DNA of 64,000 nt from NCBI GenBank assembly GCA_951804945.1, contig OX638151.1, positions 75,268,001-75,332,000 of the forward strand, read 5' to 3'. A program made the translations under genes and the position numbers. Positions 37,481 to 51,900 of the stretch are shown piece by piece; position 1 is the first letter of the stretch; every line of letters starts with the position of its first letter. Source of the stretch: Podarcis cretensis (taxonomy: Eukaryota). The notes beneath the pieces were generated by a model. The model was not told the origin of the DNA and did not search any database. It worked only from the letters and a program-made list of their open reading frames with translations.

Positions 37481-40400
37481 TATCATGGAGAGTTGCAAGA
37501 ACTGCATAACACTAACTGTGACTGTTCAGAAGGGATTGAAGCTTTTTAGTGACATTCCCCCCCCCCCAAGGCTTCATATGTACGTAGGTCCTTCTTAGTA
37601 AAAGTACTGGATCAGAATATCAGTATCTCCAGCAAAACAAAGTGAAGATGAACACATAACATAGCAAACAGATCAGATTAAAGGTGGCAAATAGGACATA
37701 GCTTCTGTCCCTTATATATGCACACAGCCAATGATTTTATGACTTGTGTGCGCGCACAAATGTGTGCTTGTACCTATATTTATCAAGGTGTGAGTGACTT
37801 GACTGGCAGTTTTTTTGTTTTTGCATAGGATTCTCTCATAGCAGTAGGTGCTGTCATCTAGAAATTGCAGTCTCAGTGTTGTTCATTTCAGAAAAAGGAC
37901 TTTTTAATCATTTTCATTTTCCCCTCTTTGCTCACAGAAAACCTCAACTACCTTATTAGTCAGCATTTCTGAGACAGGTCTCTCTCTCTCTTTTTCTCTC
38001 TGTATGTGTGCAATAGCTTGCAGTCCAGCAGCAAATCATGAATGGCTCCAACAGGCGCTGATGTCAGAAACTCTCTCTCTCTTCACCCCCACCCCACTTC
38101 CTTTGATGGTATCAGCCACTCTAGCTCCACAGTAAACTGATGCTACTCAAGCTTCAGCTGCAGCTGCTGTTTTCTTCAACATTTTTTTTATGCCTATGCA
38201 TATACATCATTTAAAAAAAAGGGGGGGTAGCAGGACCAAGAGTGCAATGCACCTGGAAAATGGCTGGAGAAACTTTCTTTAGGGGCCTTAAAGTGCCCCA
38301 AAGATTAACACACAGCTATTCCTCCCCCTTCTTACCCAAAGAAGGTCAGTGACAGAATGACCACATCAACAAAAGCAACAAATCCCTTCATTTTCCTCCT
38401 CCTCCATATTGGCATTGTTATGGCTGAAACATTTGGGAGGCAGCCAGATCATGATCCTAAAAATGAGGACAAAGGCACCGATGCATGCCTTTTACAATGT
38501 GACATGCTTAAAAACAATCCTAATGTACTCTCCTCCAATTTATTATTGCATTTATATCCCGTTTTTTCTTCCAAGGACTACAAGGTAGTGTACATGGTTC
38601 GTTCCCCTGTGTGAGGAAAATAAATCTGGTCACTTCAGGCCCCACCAAATCTGGCAACAACAAAATGCTCTGCACACTTCAAATGTCAGCTTACTCCAGG
38701 ATGCTTTATTGAGAAAGCAGCTTTTTAGATGAAGAATAAGAGTGCATTCCAAATTTACCTAAGGTTTATTATGAGTATTATACAGTGTCAACACCCACCT
38801 CATTTTTGAAAGAAAAAAAATGTGCATGGTGCTACGTTATTTATCTTATTTCTTGCCATATGTTGAAGTCAGAGGCTGCCATCTGGATGTGGAAGATGTC
38901 ACTGAATTGCTTTTTTACACCTTGTGCTAAAGGGTTGCATGAGAAAAATCAAATCATGCATGATGACCACCGGGGTTGTGGGGCCCTCTGGAGCTGATTT
39001 GGGGTGAGGGGGGGGCAGAGAAAGAGGGCAAGTCCACTTATGCAACAATAGATGTTGCCTGCAGCATGCAAGCATTTGTGGGACAATGCTACTGGCTATT
39101 TTCTTTCCACCCATGGAAAGATACTAAATGTTCCAGAGGTAGCAATCCAGGGGGAGAGCTAGCTTTATTATAATATATATGATCCTTCTCCTGCCTCATT
39201 GTGAGTCTAAATGAATGTGCAAAGCATTGTAACTTGTTCTGGAATACCCAGTACTAGCTAAATTCCACTTAGTTTAACATTCATTCCCTTCTTAAAGGGA
39301 TTCTAGAAACCAAATAACTAACAGAAAATGCTTAGGTTTACCAGTTAGCTCTGAATAAATACAGGTAAAGTTTTGTATCTCCTTTCTCAATATTGCCCAC
39401 TGGATGAACAAGCAGATGTGGCATTAGGGATCCTAATGTAATGACTATATAATCAGTCATTAATCATACCAATGTACATACACTTCTTAATATTTGTTTA
39501 TAGCTTCTTCTATCAAATATTCTCCCCCCTTTACAGATAGAGAATCAAAGTTAATATACGGCAGCTTTTCCAAAGCCACCTGCAAAGTACATGCATTAGC
39601 TGTAATTTGAACTCAGGACATGTTTCTATCCATTGAACTGACTTAATTAATTGAAGATGTTATGATGATTTATACTGTACATTTTGTTTCATTTTGTTTT
39701 AAAACAGGGTTGGCAACAAAGGAAGAGAACAGGCACAAAGACTTCTTAGAACTAAAAGTGTGATCAATGGTTGAAGAGGTGTGGCTGCATTACATTTAGT
39801 GGTGAGTAATAAGTGGTGACCTTAAGGAGTTTTGCAATTGCTATTTGTTTTTAAGTAAGTGCATGCCTTAGTGTCTCTTGAAATAACATTATACAATCTC
39901 CTAGCTGAAATGCACTTATGAACATCACTTACTCCTAAAAACCAATCCTTAAGCAGAATGAAACAACAAAACATACTCTTTAGAAAACGATTGCCTTAAT
40001 TCCTAAGGGCACTCCATTAACAGTGATCACATTTTCTTACTCTAAGAAAGTTATCCCTTTTCCTCATTCTCTGGAGAGGTGGTTTTCACTTCCTACCTAT
40101 CTGACAATGGTGGTTGCACCCTTTCAATCCAGTCAAACTGGCATGTATAAAAACAAAAATTTCATCTGTTCTCATTAAATAGCTGACACCTTATCCTTCT
40201 TTCCAAATGTTGTAAATGTTTGCTTTGCAAAATCCAGGAAAGCTTTTAAAACAAAGAGAACCGACAGCCCTCCTTCCCTCCCACTCCCCCTTTATAATGA
40301 TGCATCTCTGCTTATCTGCTCGATTATCAACAGGCTATTGTTTTCCCACTGGGGCTCATTGAGTAAGGTTGACCTAAGGAAGGTTAATGTTCAAATAGGT

Positions 40401-40498
40401 GTTTCTCAGTTCCAGCAAAAGAATACAGGTTGCTGACAGAAAGGCATCACAAGGGTCTTCATCCTGACTTCCTTAAGAAGACAACATGTCAAGGAAGT

Positions 40499-40528
<30 letters not shown>
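40499..40528 (+). repeat. (GT)n microsatellite
   Basis: Direct reading. Confidence 0.95.
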
Positions 40529-40530
<2 letters not shown>

Positions 40531-41724
40531 GGAGACTACCAAAAGGCCCGGCCTGTTTTTGTTTTTTATTTTTACTTCTTTTGCATCTCCCAAAACAACA
40601 ACTTTTAAAGAAAGACACTGTCCCCTAGAAGAGATAATCCCACAATGGAGAGTCCATTAGAGGTATTAAGGCACTGGCAGCAGCCTGATCTACAAGAGCA
40701 GCTCTGTCCTGACAATAGACAATTAAAGCTGATAAATCTGAACTACTTGTTGCTGTTCTAATTCCTTGTAATTGTGTGCTGCTTGTCCCTGCCTCCTGCA
40801 CACAGGGATGAAGCATGCTTCTTTAATCTCCAGAGTACCTGACCTAGTTCCTATGTGGTCTTTTCAGGACCTGTTTTCTTCCCATCTGGACCTCTCTCCA
40901 CCCCTTCCCGCCTCCTCCAAAAGCACAGAGGAGTGTTAGCAGAGAGGAAAAGAGAAAACATCAGAACTCAGCACCAGGATAATATTTCTGTAACGCCAAA
41001 CAATATTCTAATCTGCAAACAGCAGCCAATTTTGCCAGTTTGGCAAAATTGTGATCAAACTGTACTTTTTGTTATTAAAAGCGCAAAAAGTGGAGCACAT
41101 GCACAATGACAAGCCAAATTGTCTGACCAATACTGGCTGCCAAACCTGCATGTTACACTCGTGTGCGCGTGTGTTTTCATACACCACCCACACACTTTGA
41201 GATTTTACTTCTCTCCATTCACTGGTATGTTTGTGTTCAGCTAGACTATATAGGTTTTTTTGAGTGCATTATTCTTCCGATAAGCTATATACTGTTATGC
41301 TAACAAACACTGCAGTTCTAACCATACCTACTCAGAAGAAAGACGTGCTGAATTTAAATGGGGTTTACTCCCAGTAAGTGAAGCTAGGAGTGCTGCCTTT
41401 CAGCAAATTGAATCCTAGGCTTTTCATATAGCTCTCACAAGACAGGTAATTATTTATGTTTGTTTGTGTGCATAATAGCAGAGGAAACTTTGTGTATCTG
41501 CATCTACTAGATTCAAAACAGCATAATTAATCCTCTTACAGAGCTCAATTAATAATTTCAGGGTGCCTGGGTTTGGCAGCACAGGGATAAGAAAATATGG
41601 TTGTAGGAATGCCTACTGGTCTTAAAAATTCTATAAATTTATTTACATCTGAACATACTTTGGAGAATAATCTTGGAACTAATGCCTATTTCCAAGTTAG
41701 CAGCATTCTACCCTCTTATTTCTT

Positions 41725-42314
41725 TTTTTTTTTTTTTTTTTATAATAATTTTTATTAATTTTCCACACATAAAATAAAGAACAGTGTAACACAATATAAC
41801 TTCATACTCATCGGTTCATAGCCTTTTTTCTTTGACTTCCCCATACCTCCCCATCCCTGCATCCTTGTTTAAAAATTCTTTAGCAACCCTTAAGTCCATT
41901 GTCTTAGTTCCTTTTCGTAAATATTTCTTAAGTTTTTTTTTTGTTTACTGCTGCAATTCTTTACTTCTTACCCCCTGACATCTTAACATTCCTCAATTTT
42001 ACAGTTATTTTTAAGATATATTTTGAAATTCTTCCAGTCCTCTTCCACTGTCTCTTTCCCCTGGTCCCGGATTCTGCCCGTCATCTCAGCCAGTCCCATA
42101 AAGTCAATCACCTTTGTTTGCCATTCTTCCAGAGTAGGTAGTTCTTGCGTCTTCCAATACTTTGCCAGTAGAATTCTTGCTGCTGTAGTGGCATACATAA
42201 AGAAAGTCCTATCCTTCCTTAACACCTCTTGGCCCACCATACCCAAGAGGAAAGCCTCTGGTTTCTTAGGAAAAGTCCACTTAAGGACCTTCTTAATTTC
42301 ATTATAGATCATTT
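41725..42314 (-). mobile_element. 5'-truncated L1-clade LINE (ORF2 C-terminus, 3' UTR, poly(A)) with a 13-bp TSD
   Basis: Open ORF 41983..42312 (...PEAFLLG...AARILLAKYWK...EEW); AATAAA and poly(A) (T-run ~41723-41742); TSD cctcttatttctt at 41712-41724 and 42315-42327. Confidence 0.9.
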
Positions 42315-45300
42315 CCTCTTATTTCTTAAGTGCCTCTTCCTCCACCTTCTTATGCTAGCAGAGCTGACAGAAGAGACTTTTATTTTATTTTATTTTCCCA
42401 TGCAGCATGGCTTAATGTTTTGTGACAGCTTGTTGTTGGATTTTTTGGACTGGAGTCCTAATTGTCACAGGCTTCTCAAAACATTTCATTTACAGTTTTA
42501 CCAGGAATACTTTCATGTGCAGAGAGTGGAGAGTTCCACTATGCTGCCCCCAGTCAAGCTGTCAGTAATGCCGTTTGCTGGCTTCTTTCAGTTGTCCAAG
42601 TCAGACGGGCAGGAAAGCATCACCCCTAATGTTTTTACAGTAGTAATCTCCATTTGTTTTAAATAATGTTTTAAAAATAAGTCAGTAGTCTCTCTATTTT
42701 AATAGAAGCTTACTAATAAAATGAAAATAAAAAACCTACTTATGTTTACCATTTCACTTGCATCCTAGTCTATCTCCCCGCCACCATACTTCTGTACTAG
42801 AAACAACAATACTTTTAAACAAAGAAATTATGGAGACTATAGATAAGGTTACTAGAAATGACAGCCCAGTCTATATTTCAACATATGAAGCTTTAGTTAA
42901 CTAAACAAATGAAGAAGTGCTTTCGAATAATAATAAAGGGGGAGGGGGAGGAACAGCTTGTAATAGAGAATGTCCTGGATCTTTTGTTTCCATTTAGGAT
43001 AACAACTGGGCTTTGCAAAGAAAAGACAACAGGCAGTTCATACTAAATTAGACCTGCCAACTGCTAGTTAGAATATTGCAAATAATTTACTTTCCATGAT
43101 AAAAGCAAAAGCAAGCAGCACCCAGCAGGGGCCCAGCTGATAAAACTGTGTCAAACTCAAACCATTTGTCAACCGGGAAGGAAAAGAACAGAGCTGAAAG
43201 ATGGACTCAGGAAACAGATTTATCTGGCGCAACACATTAACTAGTATAAATACCATGGGAGGAGGGAGAAAGTAAACACATTTATTCAGTATCTCCAGCT
43301 AGCCAGAAGAAGAATCACTCACGTAACTCACAGCCCGTGCCACCCAAACACTCATTTGTCACAGAACAGTAGCATTTTTCTTTTGTGTACAACGCGAGTG
43401 TTGTTTAATGCATAGCACTGAAAGGTTTTAGTAGCACACACACAAAAAAAGTGTGGTTAAACAAGGCAAGATGCAAATTCCTACCATTTTAACAAGGCAA
43501 GATGCAAATTCCTACCATTTTAAGCAATAAAACTTCAGGTCATAAACACATGAGGTAACACCTACTAAAACTTCCATCTATGTTTTGCACTTCTGTTTAC
43601 TGAAGTAAACTGATGTTATAGGAGGGATACCAAAAAAGAGGAATGCAATGCAGTGCTATGAATGCTATGAACTGGGACTGTACCCAAACAAAACAGAAAA
43701 CTTTTTTTAAAAATGCTAGCCCTTTTCTTTGCAAAGACATTCGTTTTGAACAGTTGCATATAATTTCCGTTATGAAATAGTGTTATGAAAACAGACAAAC
43801 GCAGGTTGCCAAAGCTAACTGGAGTGCATACACAAGAGGTTTTCTTTAAAACTAAAGTAAAAACAACAACAACATAGCAAAAGGTATACTGTAAGACAAT
43901 TAAAACCACAGTCAGTTAATACATAAATATTAATCTAATGCAGTATATTCTTTAGCAGTACCTTTGAACAGCCATGTAGGACAGGTTTCCAATCTTCGTT
44001 CATGCATCCCAGAGTTTTAGTCCGTATATTTGTCTTCTGTCACTCACTCACTCATTCACACACCACACACACACATGCACACATTAACACGCAGGACACA
44101 TGCTCTCTACCTCTCACACTGAGACACTCCTCTAACCCTGTCTGGAGCCAAGCCTTGGATTTTAGAATTTCCTCCTGTGAGAAGATTTTCCCCCACCCCT
44201 TTCCTTCTACTCCACCCCATTCAGTAATTAGGCTTAACAAGAGCAATTAACAAAATAAACTCTGCTTAGGCTGGTGGTCTGATAATTCTGATTACCAAGA
44301 CCTTTGGGAAATAATCAAAAATATTTAAACAGATACTTTCACAGGGGCTTTAAAAACCCACCTTTTCTGCCACAGCTTATTGCAATTATTTGCAGTTTGG
44401 TTGGAGATCGGATAGCGTGATCTCATTCTGGTGGCTTCAATATGTTATATTTTACTGAATTTTACTGAAAAGTTGCAATAGTTTAATAACATCAGACAAT
44501 TTAATAATGCAAAATAAATATTGTGTTGAGATGATCAAAATGTTTTAAATTTTATTTATTGCATTTTATTGTTTGCGTTTTGATATACCCCTGTAAACCA
44601 CCTTTGGAAGTGTTTTATTTTTGAAATGCAGAATATGCATTTGACAAATAACTTAAGGAAGGTACCAGCACAAACTTTGTCTGATTTAATTTTCCATTAT
44701 ATAATAATATGACATTAGAACACAGACTTGAGTAGTTTTTAAAAATCTTTCATTTATTTATTAATCAATGTAAAAAGACACTCAAGTACAAAAATCATGA
44801 AACAGTGTCCTTAATAAATATATTATGTTCCTACACAGACTCGGTGCCTTTCCTACCTAATAAAGACATTTTTCAAGTTACCTGAGATGTACATTGATTG
44901 AATAAAATATGGGCTTTGCTTTCATCCCTGACTTTTGGATTGGATTCAGGACTAATAGGAATTGTTTCAAAACCAAAAACCAAGTATCAATGGATTTAGC
45001 TTAGTGATAGAAATGTCAGTAAACTATCAGCTGTTTGTGGCAACTTTCTGTTTCTGCAATAAAGTTCACCTAAAACGTAAAGACCCCAATCCAGAGGACT
45101 GCTGCAACAGCTGAAAGTTGTGTGTGTACTGCCACACTTGCACATATATAACATTCATCTGATCACAGCAACACCATTTCTCCTAAAATGTTCAGAGATT
45201 CACATTAACAGGTGCTGGTGTTGTATATCTACAATCTGCAACAGTTTCCTCTTGTCGTTAGGTGATATTTATATTAGCAGAAATAAATAATACGTTGCTC

Positions 45301-45389
45301 ACATGCAAACCATATGCACTGTTTTCTGATCACTTGTTGGGAGAAAAAGGGGAATGTGCAAGGAAGACTAAATTTCCTTAAGTGGGAAA

Positions 45390-45707
45390 CAGCAGTGGGG
45401 AACATGTGGCTCTCCAGATGTTGCTAGACTCCAGTCAGTCCCAGTGAGCATGGCCAATGGTCAGGGATGATGGGAATTGTAGTCTAGCAACATTTGCAGG
45501 CGTAGGAGCCAACTCCGAGGAGCAGAGGTCCCTTCACCCCCCCATACAATATTTTAGCTTCCTCCCCAAACTTGATGGGCATTGCCAATAAAATGGTGTG
45601 TGTGTGTGCTGCATCTTATGATTGTGCGGGGCAGGGCTTACCTGGGCCCTCCAATATTATATTTAAGTTGGCACTTGTGTCTGCAGGGCCACAGGTTCCC
45701 CATCCTG
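45390..45707. mobile_element. Short hAT-like non-autonomous element interrupted by a second MITE (45501-45679)
   Basis: Host has the ggggaac...gatgggaattgtagtc...gttcccca pattern; the insert has imperfect TIRs (gccaact/agttggc) and an 8-bp TSD t(t/c)tgcagg. Confidence 0.65.
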
Positions 45708-46004
45708 CTTTAAAAAGATACTGGCCTCATCAGACCAGCCACCTCAGGTAAGGTGAGGTGTTTGGATTGCAGTGATGAGCCTGCAGCTTTCCACTTTACT
45801 CAAACAACTTTGGAGTGAGGACAAAGAAGGTAAGGCACTTTCCCCTGAAGAGCTGGAGTGCTGCTATAAGAATGTGAAGGGCAAAGCCATGTCATGTCCA
45901 AAGAATTTAACTATTATTTTTCTATTTCTGCCCTGACGCTCCATCCAGTAGCATGAAGCATGAAGGCTTTAAAGTAAACAATGAGCTGACATATGTCCAT
46001 ATAT

Positions 46005-46342
46005 CAGAGGCATAGCTAGGTGGCGGGAGGGGCAGGGAGCACTGGACGCCACACCATGGGGGGCAGCACTTACTGCGGGGCCTGCAGCACACCGGAGTCA
46101 CGTCTCACCTGGAAGTGACACAGTGGCTTGGGTGCCTGAAGGCTCTGCACTGCCCGAAACGGCAGCGTGGGGCTTGCTTCTGCCCACAACCTCCCCTTCA
46201 GCCACCCTACAGGCTCCACACAGTGAGCCCTGCCCCAGCTCGCCCTGCCCAGTGGGCAGCTTGCCTCGCCCCCATGGATGGCTCTCTCCAGCACAATGCC
46301 AACAAGCCACCCTGGGTGCCTGAATGGCTAGCTATGCTGCTG
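46005..46342. mobile_element. GC-rich MITE
   Basis: TIRs cagaggcatagctag / ctagctatgctgctg. Confidence 0.65.
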
Positions 46343-46457
46343 CTTATATCTATACTGTTGACTGCTTCATAAGACAGAAATAAAATAAATTAGTAAAATA
46401 TGCAGGGTAAGTCCGACTAACTTAACTCAGAGCAGTTCCTCAGTAACATGTCTATAC

Positions 46458-46703
46458 TATGGGTAGGCAAACTATGGCCCGGGGGCCGGAGCTGGTCCAA
46501 TAGCCTTCTAAATCCGGCCCATGGATGGTCTGGGAATCACCCTGTTTTTACATGAGTAGAATGTGTCCTTTTATTTAAAATGCATCTCTGGGTTATTTGT
46601 GGGCATAGGAATTCGTTCATCCCCCCCAAAAATAGTCTGCCCCCCCCACAAGGTCTGAGGGATAGTGAACTGGCTCCCTGCTGAAAAAGTTTGCTGACCC
46701 CTG
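46458..46703. mobile_element. hAT MITE with 8-bp TSD gtctatac
   Basis: TSD at 46450-46457 and 46704-46711; imperfect TIRs gggtaggcaaact / agtttgctgacccctg. Confidence 0.85.
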
Positions 46704-48885
46704 GTCTATACCAACACCACACAGACACAATATCCTCCAACCCTCAAACCAAATTAAAATAAAATAAATTTTATAATTTTATGGCAAACATTTTATAGCG
46801 TGCAATTGTATATTAGTGCATGCTGAATATTCTGAAATAATGTTGTTATGAATACAATATTCCCCCCCCCCAAATTCCCTATATGAAGTGCACCATAATA
46901 TTCTTACTTGCACCTTCCCACAAGCCAGGCAATTGGTAGCAAGTAAGTCTGGAGCTAGAATTAGTTTCACAGAACAGCCACTAACCTGAAGACTTCCCTT
47001 CCACAGTCCACTTCAGTCATTCAAGTAGGCTACATTATTCAATGGGGTTATAGCCTTTGATGATACAAAAGCTTCTTTAAACCAAAAATTAAAAAAAGAC
47101 TGGAAATGTGTGGGAAGTCTTTAAAACCGACACTATCATGTAAACCACACAATTGCCTGGGTTTCGTAACAAAGGATTACACTGGCTGATTTTGTGGTGC
47201 CTGAAAGGGCATGCCTGCTCCTCAGCTGAGCCAAGCTTACAAAAGTTTCCCAAGTTTTGAAGGTAAAGCCTTGAGGAAGAAAACTCTTTCCTCATATATT
47301 TTATTTGCTGTATTAACCATGCACCGGATTGTTTCTGGGCTTCTGCACTTACATCATAGCATACAGAAGCGCACACCAGGTGTTTTGGACGACAGCTCCT
47401 CAGAGATCTCTATCGTGCACAACATTTTTCCTACATGGATCTAGATTACGGCAGAGGAGGAAAGCAGATACATCACATGTTTGCTCCTCCTCTGCACATA
47501 TGTATATAAGGACACCATCACTTATAAAAGGGTTAGGATATTTCAAGGAGAAGTTGCAAAGCCTGGCCACTAGCATATAAGCTGAGAAAGGATGCCTCAC
47601 TACTCTGTGTCTTGACTTGATCTCCCCACCAGGAAAAATGACAAACTGAATAGTATTATTTATCAGCACAAAAAAATCAGGGTCTTTTTGTTGCCAGACT
47701 GGGGGAAAATCTGGCATTAGCACCCCATGCCTAAACTTTCAACAGTGGTAGAATATTACATACACAAACCATAGAACAGGAACAGAATGCGCCAATCAAA
47801 AACTGTTTTTGAAATTTGCTTATGCAGCAAAAGTTGTGGGAGGGTGGAAAAAGCAGCTGCTTCTGAGAAGGAGCAATTAAAAACTCTGCAGTAGCCATGC
47901 AGAAATGCTTGCAGATTTTGGCCGATATCTTGTGCTGTTACACGAGTGGTAAATGAAGCATGTAAGTGTTCAAACTGCAAACAATGGAATGTTGAATCAA
48001 GGCAAGACATACACTGTAGAGCTGGCAGTAAGTTCAAAAAGACTGGACTGACCATGCTGATGTAATGCATGACAGAGAGGTTAAGGGCCAGCTGAAATAC
48101 TCTGGCCTACATGTTAAGCTGCCAGGAAAAGCAGGGCTGCCATATGTCCGGATATTCCAGGACATGAGATTTCAAAGGCGGAATTGTTGTCTGGGGGCAG
48201 TTTCTGAAATGCAGCGCTAGGAAATGACACAACAGCAGTGGCTTCATAAGCACTAAGGCTTATACTACTGAAACAGGAATGTTAAGACTTAGCTTGCCAC
48301 AGAAAACTCAGTTTGATTGGCACGATGCAAGCAAACCACATAACTGATATATTAATTTCATTAATTAAAAGTCACTAAATGCATGATGCACGTCAATTTA
48401 GGAATTATTTGTTGAAACAGAAATACAAAAAACGCACTCTTTTAGGTTTGTTGTTAAAAAATTGTGTGATTTTTTTTTAAAACTTCTATTATTTTCTAGT
48501 TTCAGGAAATGGTCGATGGACATGGGTTATCCAGAAGGATTCGACAGCATTTAGGAGAAGCCGACCACGCTTTCAATTACATTATTTTCGTCAATTAGTC
48601 TTAAGGAAAATAACACTTCTATTAATCATTTCAATTAACGGCAAGCACCGCATGACACCAGCACCACAGCCCATATGCTGCGCTCCAATCACCCAAATAT
48701 TAAAGCCTTTTTAATTGATTTATCTAAAGAACATTCAATAGACTCAAGGTGGCAGCCAGCCAGGAAATCCCGAAAGAAGATGACAAAAAGGTGGGGGTGC
48801 TAAACCCGTTTCCCAATTTGTTTTTCCTCTTTCTCCAGAGTTCACTGTTAATCCAATCACAGCCCATAAAGCTCGCCTTTTAATA

Positions 48886-48888
48886 AAA

Positions 48889-48919
<31 letters not shown>

Positions 48920-48920
48920 A
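48886..48920 (+). repeat. (AAAT)n microsatellite
   Basis: Direct reading. Confidence 0.95.
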
Positions 48921-51900
48921 GGGGCACACATGTTGGCTCGTCATCTGCTTGGAGAAGCCCCCCTTCTCCCACAGTTAGCTGTCCAGTTAAGAGAGGGCTG
49001 CTGCGTACAACAGCACATTTTTATCCAGCAGAAATATTTAGCTTGGCTACCCGCCAAGGAATGCTGGAAGAATAGAATGAATTAGGGGATTTACCTTCCA
49101 CGTGCTTCGCACGCGTCACTGAAGAGCTTGCTTCTTTTCTTTCTCTCCACCCCCCACCCCTCCCCGCCCCTCTCTTTCCTTTATCAAATATCTCCTACAG
49201 TTAAAAAAGTACAGCCTGAAATAGGAGCCGACACGTTACCAAGTTTAGTCACAGTGGCGCTATTCTTTGCAAGGTAGACATTTCCCTTTACTGTTGAAAT
49301 AAAACCTTTGCACCTAGAAAAGCTTAGCTTGTCTTGTACACTACTTCATGTGAGAGGTTTCTCTTTCTTTTTTAAGGGACCGTTCACTTTATGCAAAGAT
49401 TCTTTTCACAGAAGAGCTAGTGATTTGAAAACATATTCCCACTAGACATTAATATACTAAACTTAGCTTTGTTGATATAAACAAGGCAGATTGTTATGTC
49501 CTGTGACTGCAGGGTGTTTATGTGGGCTTTCATTTGTTTTTCTTATGACATTTCCTAGCTTCTTGACTGGCCTGGTTTTATTTGTATTGGCAAGTAAGAC
49601 GGAAAGAGTTAATATTGAAAAAAAAGGCAGTTCGGGAAGCACCCTGTATCGCCACTGACTGAGCACTTAATGTGAGAAGCTAGGATGATGTTTTAATAGT
49701 TCAACAGATGGTGCTACTATACATATTGTACAGAGATAAAGGAAGGCTTCGTCAGCATTAAATAGGAGAGCTTCTAACCAGCTACAATTCAATACTGGGC
49801 ATGCATGCATGTCTTTCCTGAGTTTATACTTTATACCTCCAGGATGCTTTTTAAGTTAAATGAGGAGGTATGCTTCTTTCAGTTAAGTGAATGAAGTGTA
49901 CATAACACAGTCAACGAGCAAGCTATTTTAGTGGAATTGGTGGCATTCTGTAATAATATATATAATTTCAAGATACCACTCAGCACGTTAAGGTCATCTG
50001 CACTGCAGTCATTAAAGTGCTGGGGATAAATGGGGAAGGATGGCAAAATGCAGGACTCAGGTAGGCATGCATGATTCACTGTTCTCCCCTTCCTTCTCGA
50101 AATACTATCCTTTTGATCAGAAGTGAATGGTGGGGAGAGGAAATTCTTGAAAAATGTCGGCGGTTTCGCTGTCTTCTGATTGCATCTCTGTATCAGGACC
50201 AGCATTATCTGCCATCTTACGCAACTATGCAATAGGTCAAATCAAAAAAGCTAAACACATTTTCTCAATAATTACCATTTCCTAGGAAATACTGCAGTTC
50301 TGGTGCACAAAGGAGCCATATTGTGGGTGTTTCTCATATAACCTAGGTCAGCCTTCCGCAGCCAGATGCTTTGGACTACAACTCCAATGAACTCCAGCAA
50401 GTAGGGCTTTTGCTGGCTAGGGCTGATGGAAATTGTCATCTAAAGGATCTAGGAGGGCACCAAGTTGGGGAAGGCTAGCCTGGATCTTCCAGTGTTAACC
50501 GAATGTCACAGGATGGGCACAAACTGTTGCATTTCTCACACTATTCAGATTATGCTAAAATAAAATTTGCTTTGGATTTATTAAAACTGCACTTTATATT
50601 TCCAATAAATCTTGCTTATATTCTGCATGCACAAAAATACTAATGGAGGGATGGGGAACCCCAGTTCCGAGGGCAAAATGCAGCATTCGGGCCTCTCTGT
50701 CAGGCCACACCCGCTCCCCATCTGTTGCTTCTCCCCATCAGTCCTGCTTTTCTTCTGTCTTGAGAATTTATGCTTGACTCAAATGTGTCCTTGAACTCTG
50801 ATACTGTTTCTTCCTTGCCTGTTCGGACATGTGAGTGTGTGTAGAAACAATCCTACTGTGCAAATGTAGAATTAACACTCATGGCCCTACACACCACTAG
50901 CATGAGGCTCCTAGAAGGTTGCCTAGAAGGAAATGTGGCCCTCAGACTACAATATGTTCCCTGTCCTTGTGCTAATGGCCGATTCTAGACATCCAAGACA
51001 TTATACCATTTATCACCTGTTGCCTTATCCACCATTATGCACTATAGGCAGGGACAGTAATCCTGCAGGTTTTATTTTCAGACATGGAATATTTCAGTTC
51101 TGCTAGTATAGACAATTACTCTGAACCCATTTTCTGTCCAATTCTGACTTTCTGTTGGGGCGAAATGATAGGATGTGTGAAATCTAGCTACAGGATTGAA
51201 GATTGTCACCCATTTATTGTTGATTCAGCTCGTACTTGTGACTTGCCACAATACAATCAAATTTGTGGTGATATAATTATTTTTATATTAACAGTCTGAT
51301 AGACAAAACTGATCATTTTCTCCAACCCCAAAGGCAGTTCTTTAAGGTAAAAATAAAATAAAATACAATTCTGCCGACACACACATTTGGAATGATACTT
51401 CAGTGAGATTAAATAATTACTGAATCTCTGTATTGTGTTTTATGTTTAATATCTTTGCAATTAATTGATCCCCACCCCCCAATGACTCTGAAAATTCAGG
51501 GCTGCACTCAACCTTCTGCAGCACCAGCATCTGTTGCAGATAATCCATCAATGGTTTTGAAATTGCCAAATGAAAAAGCAAAAAGCCCAAACTGTTAGCA
51601 TTCTACTATTCAGACTGGTGTTTTTCTTTTCTTTTTAAATGCAGTTGGAAAACTGAATTAGTGCAATGGTCATTAGATTTTAAGAAAAGGCGCCACCACT
51701 GAGGATGTGTTCTCTTGTAAACAAATAAGCAAACAGGCTTTAACCAGGCCCTGACCCAATAAATATTTATGTGATATATAGCCTTACAAATACGGCATAG
51801 TGGACCTTTGCCCACCATAGTATTATGTTCTTGATACTAACCTTGTGCCCAAATCAATCAATGTTTTTAACTGGCAAATTTCCATCTGTTTTGCATCTGA

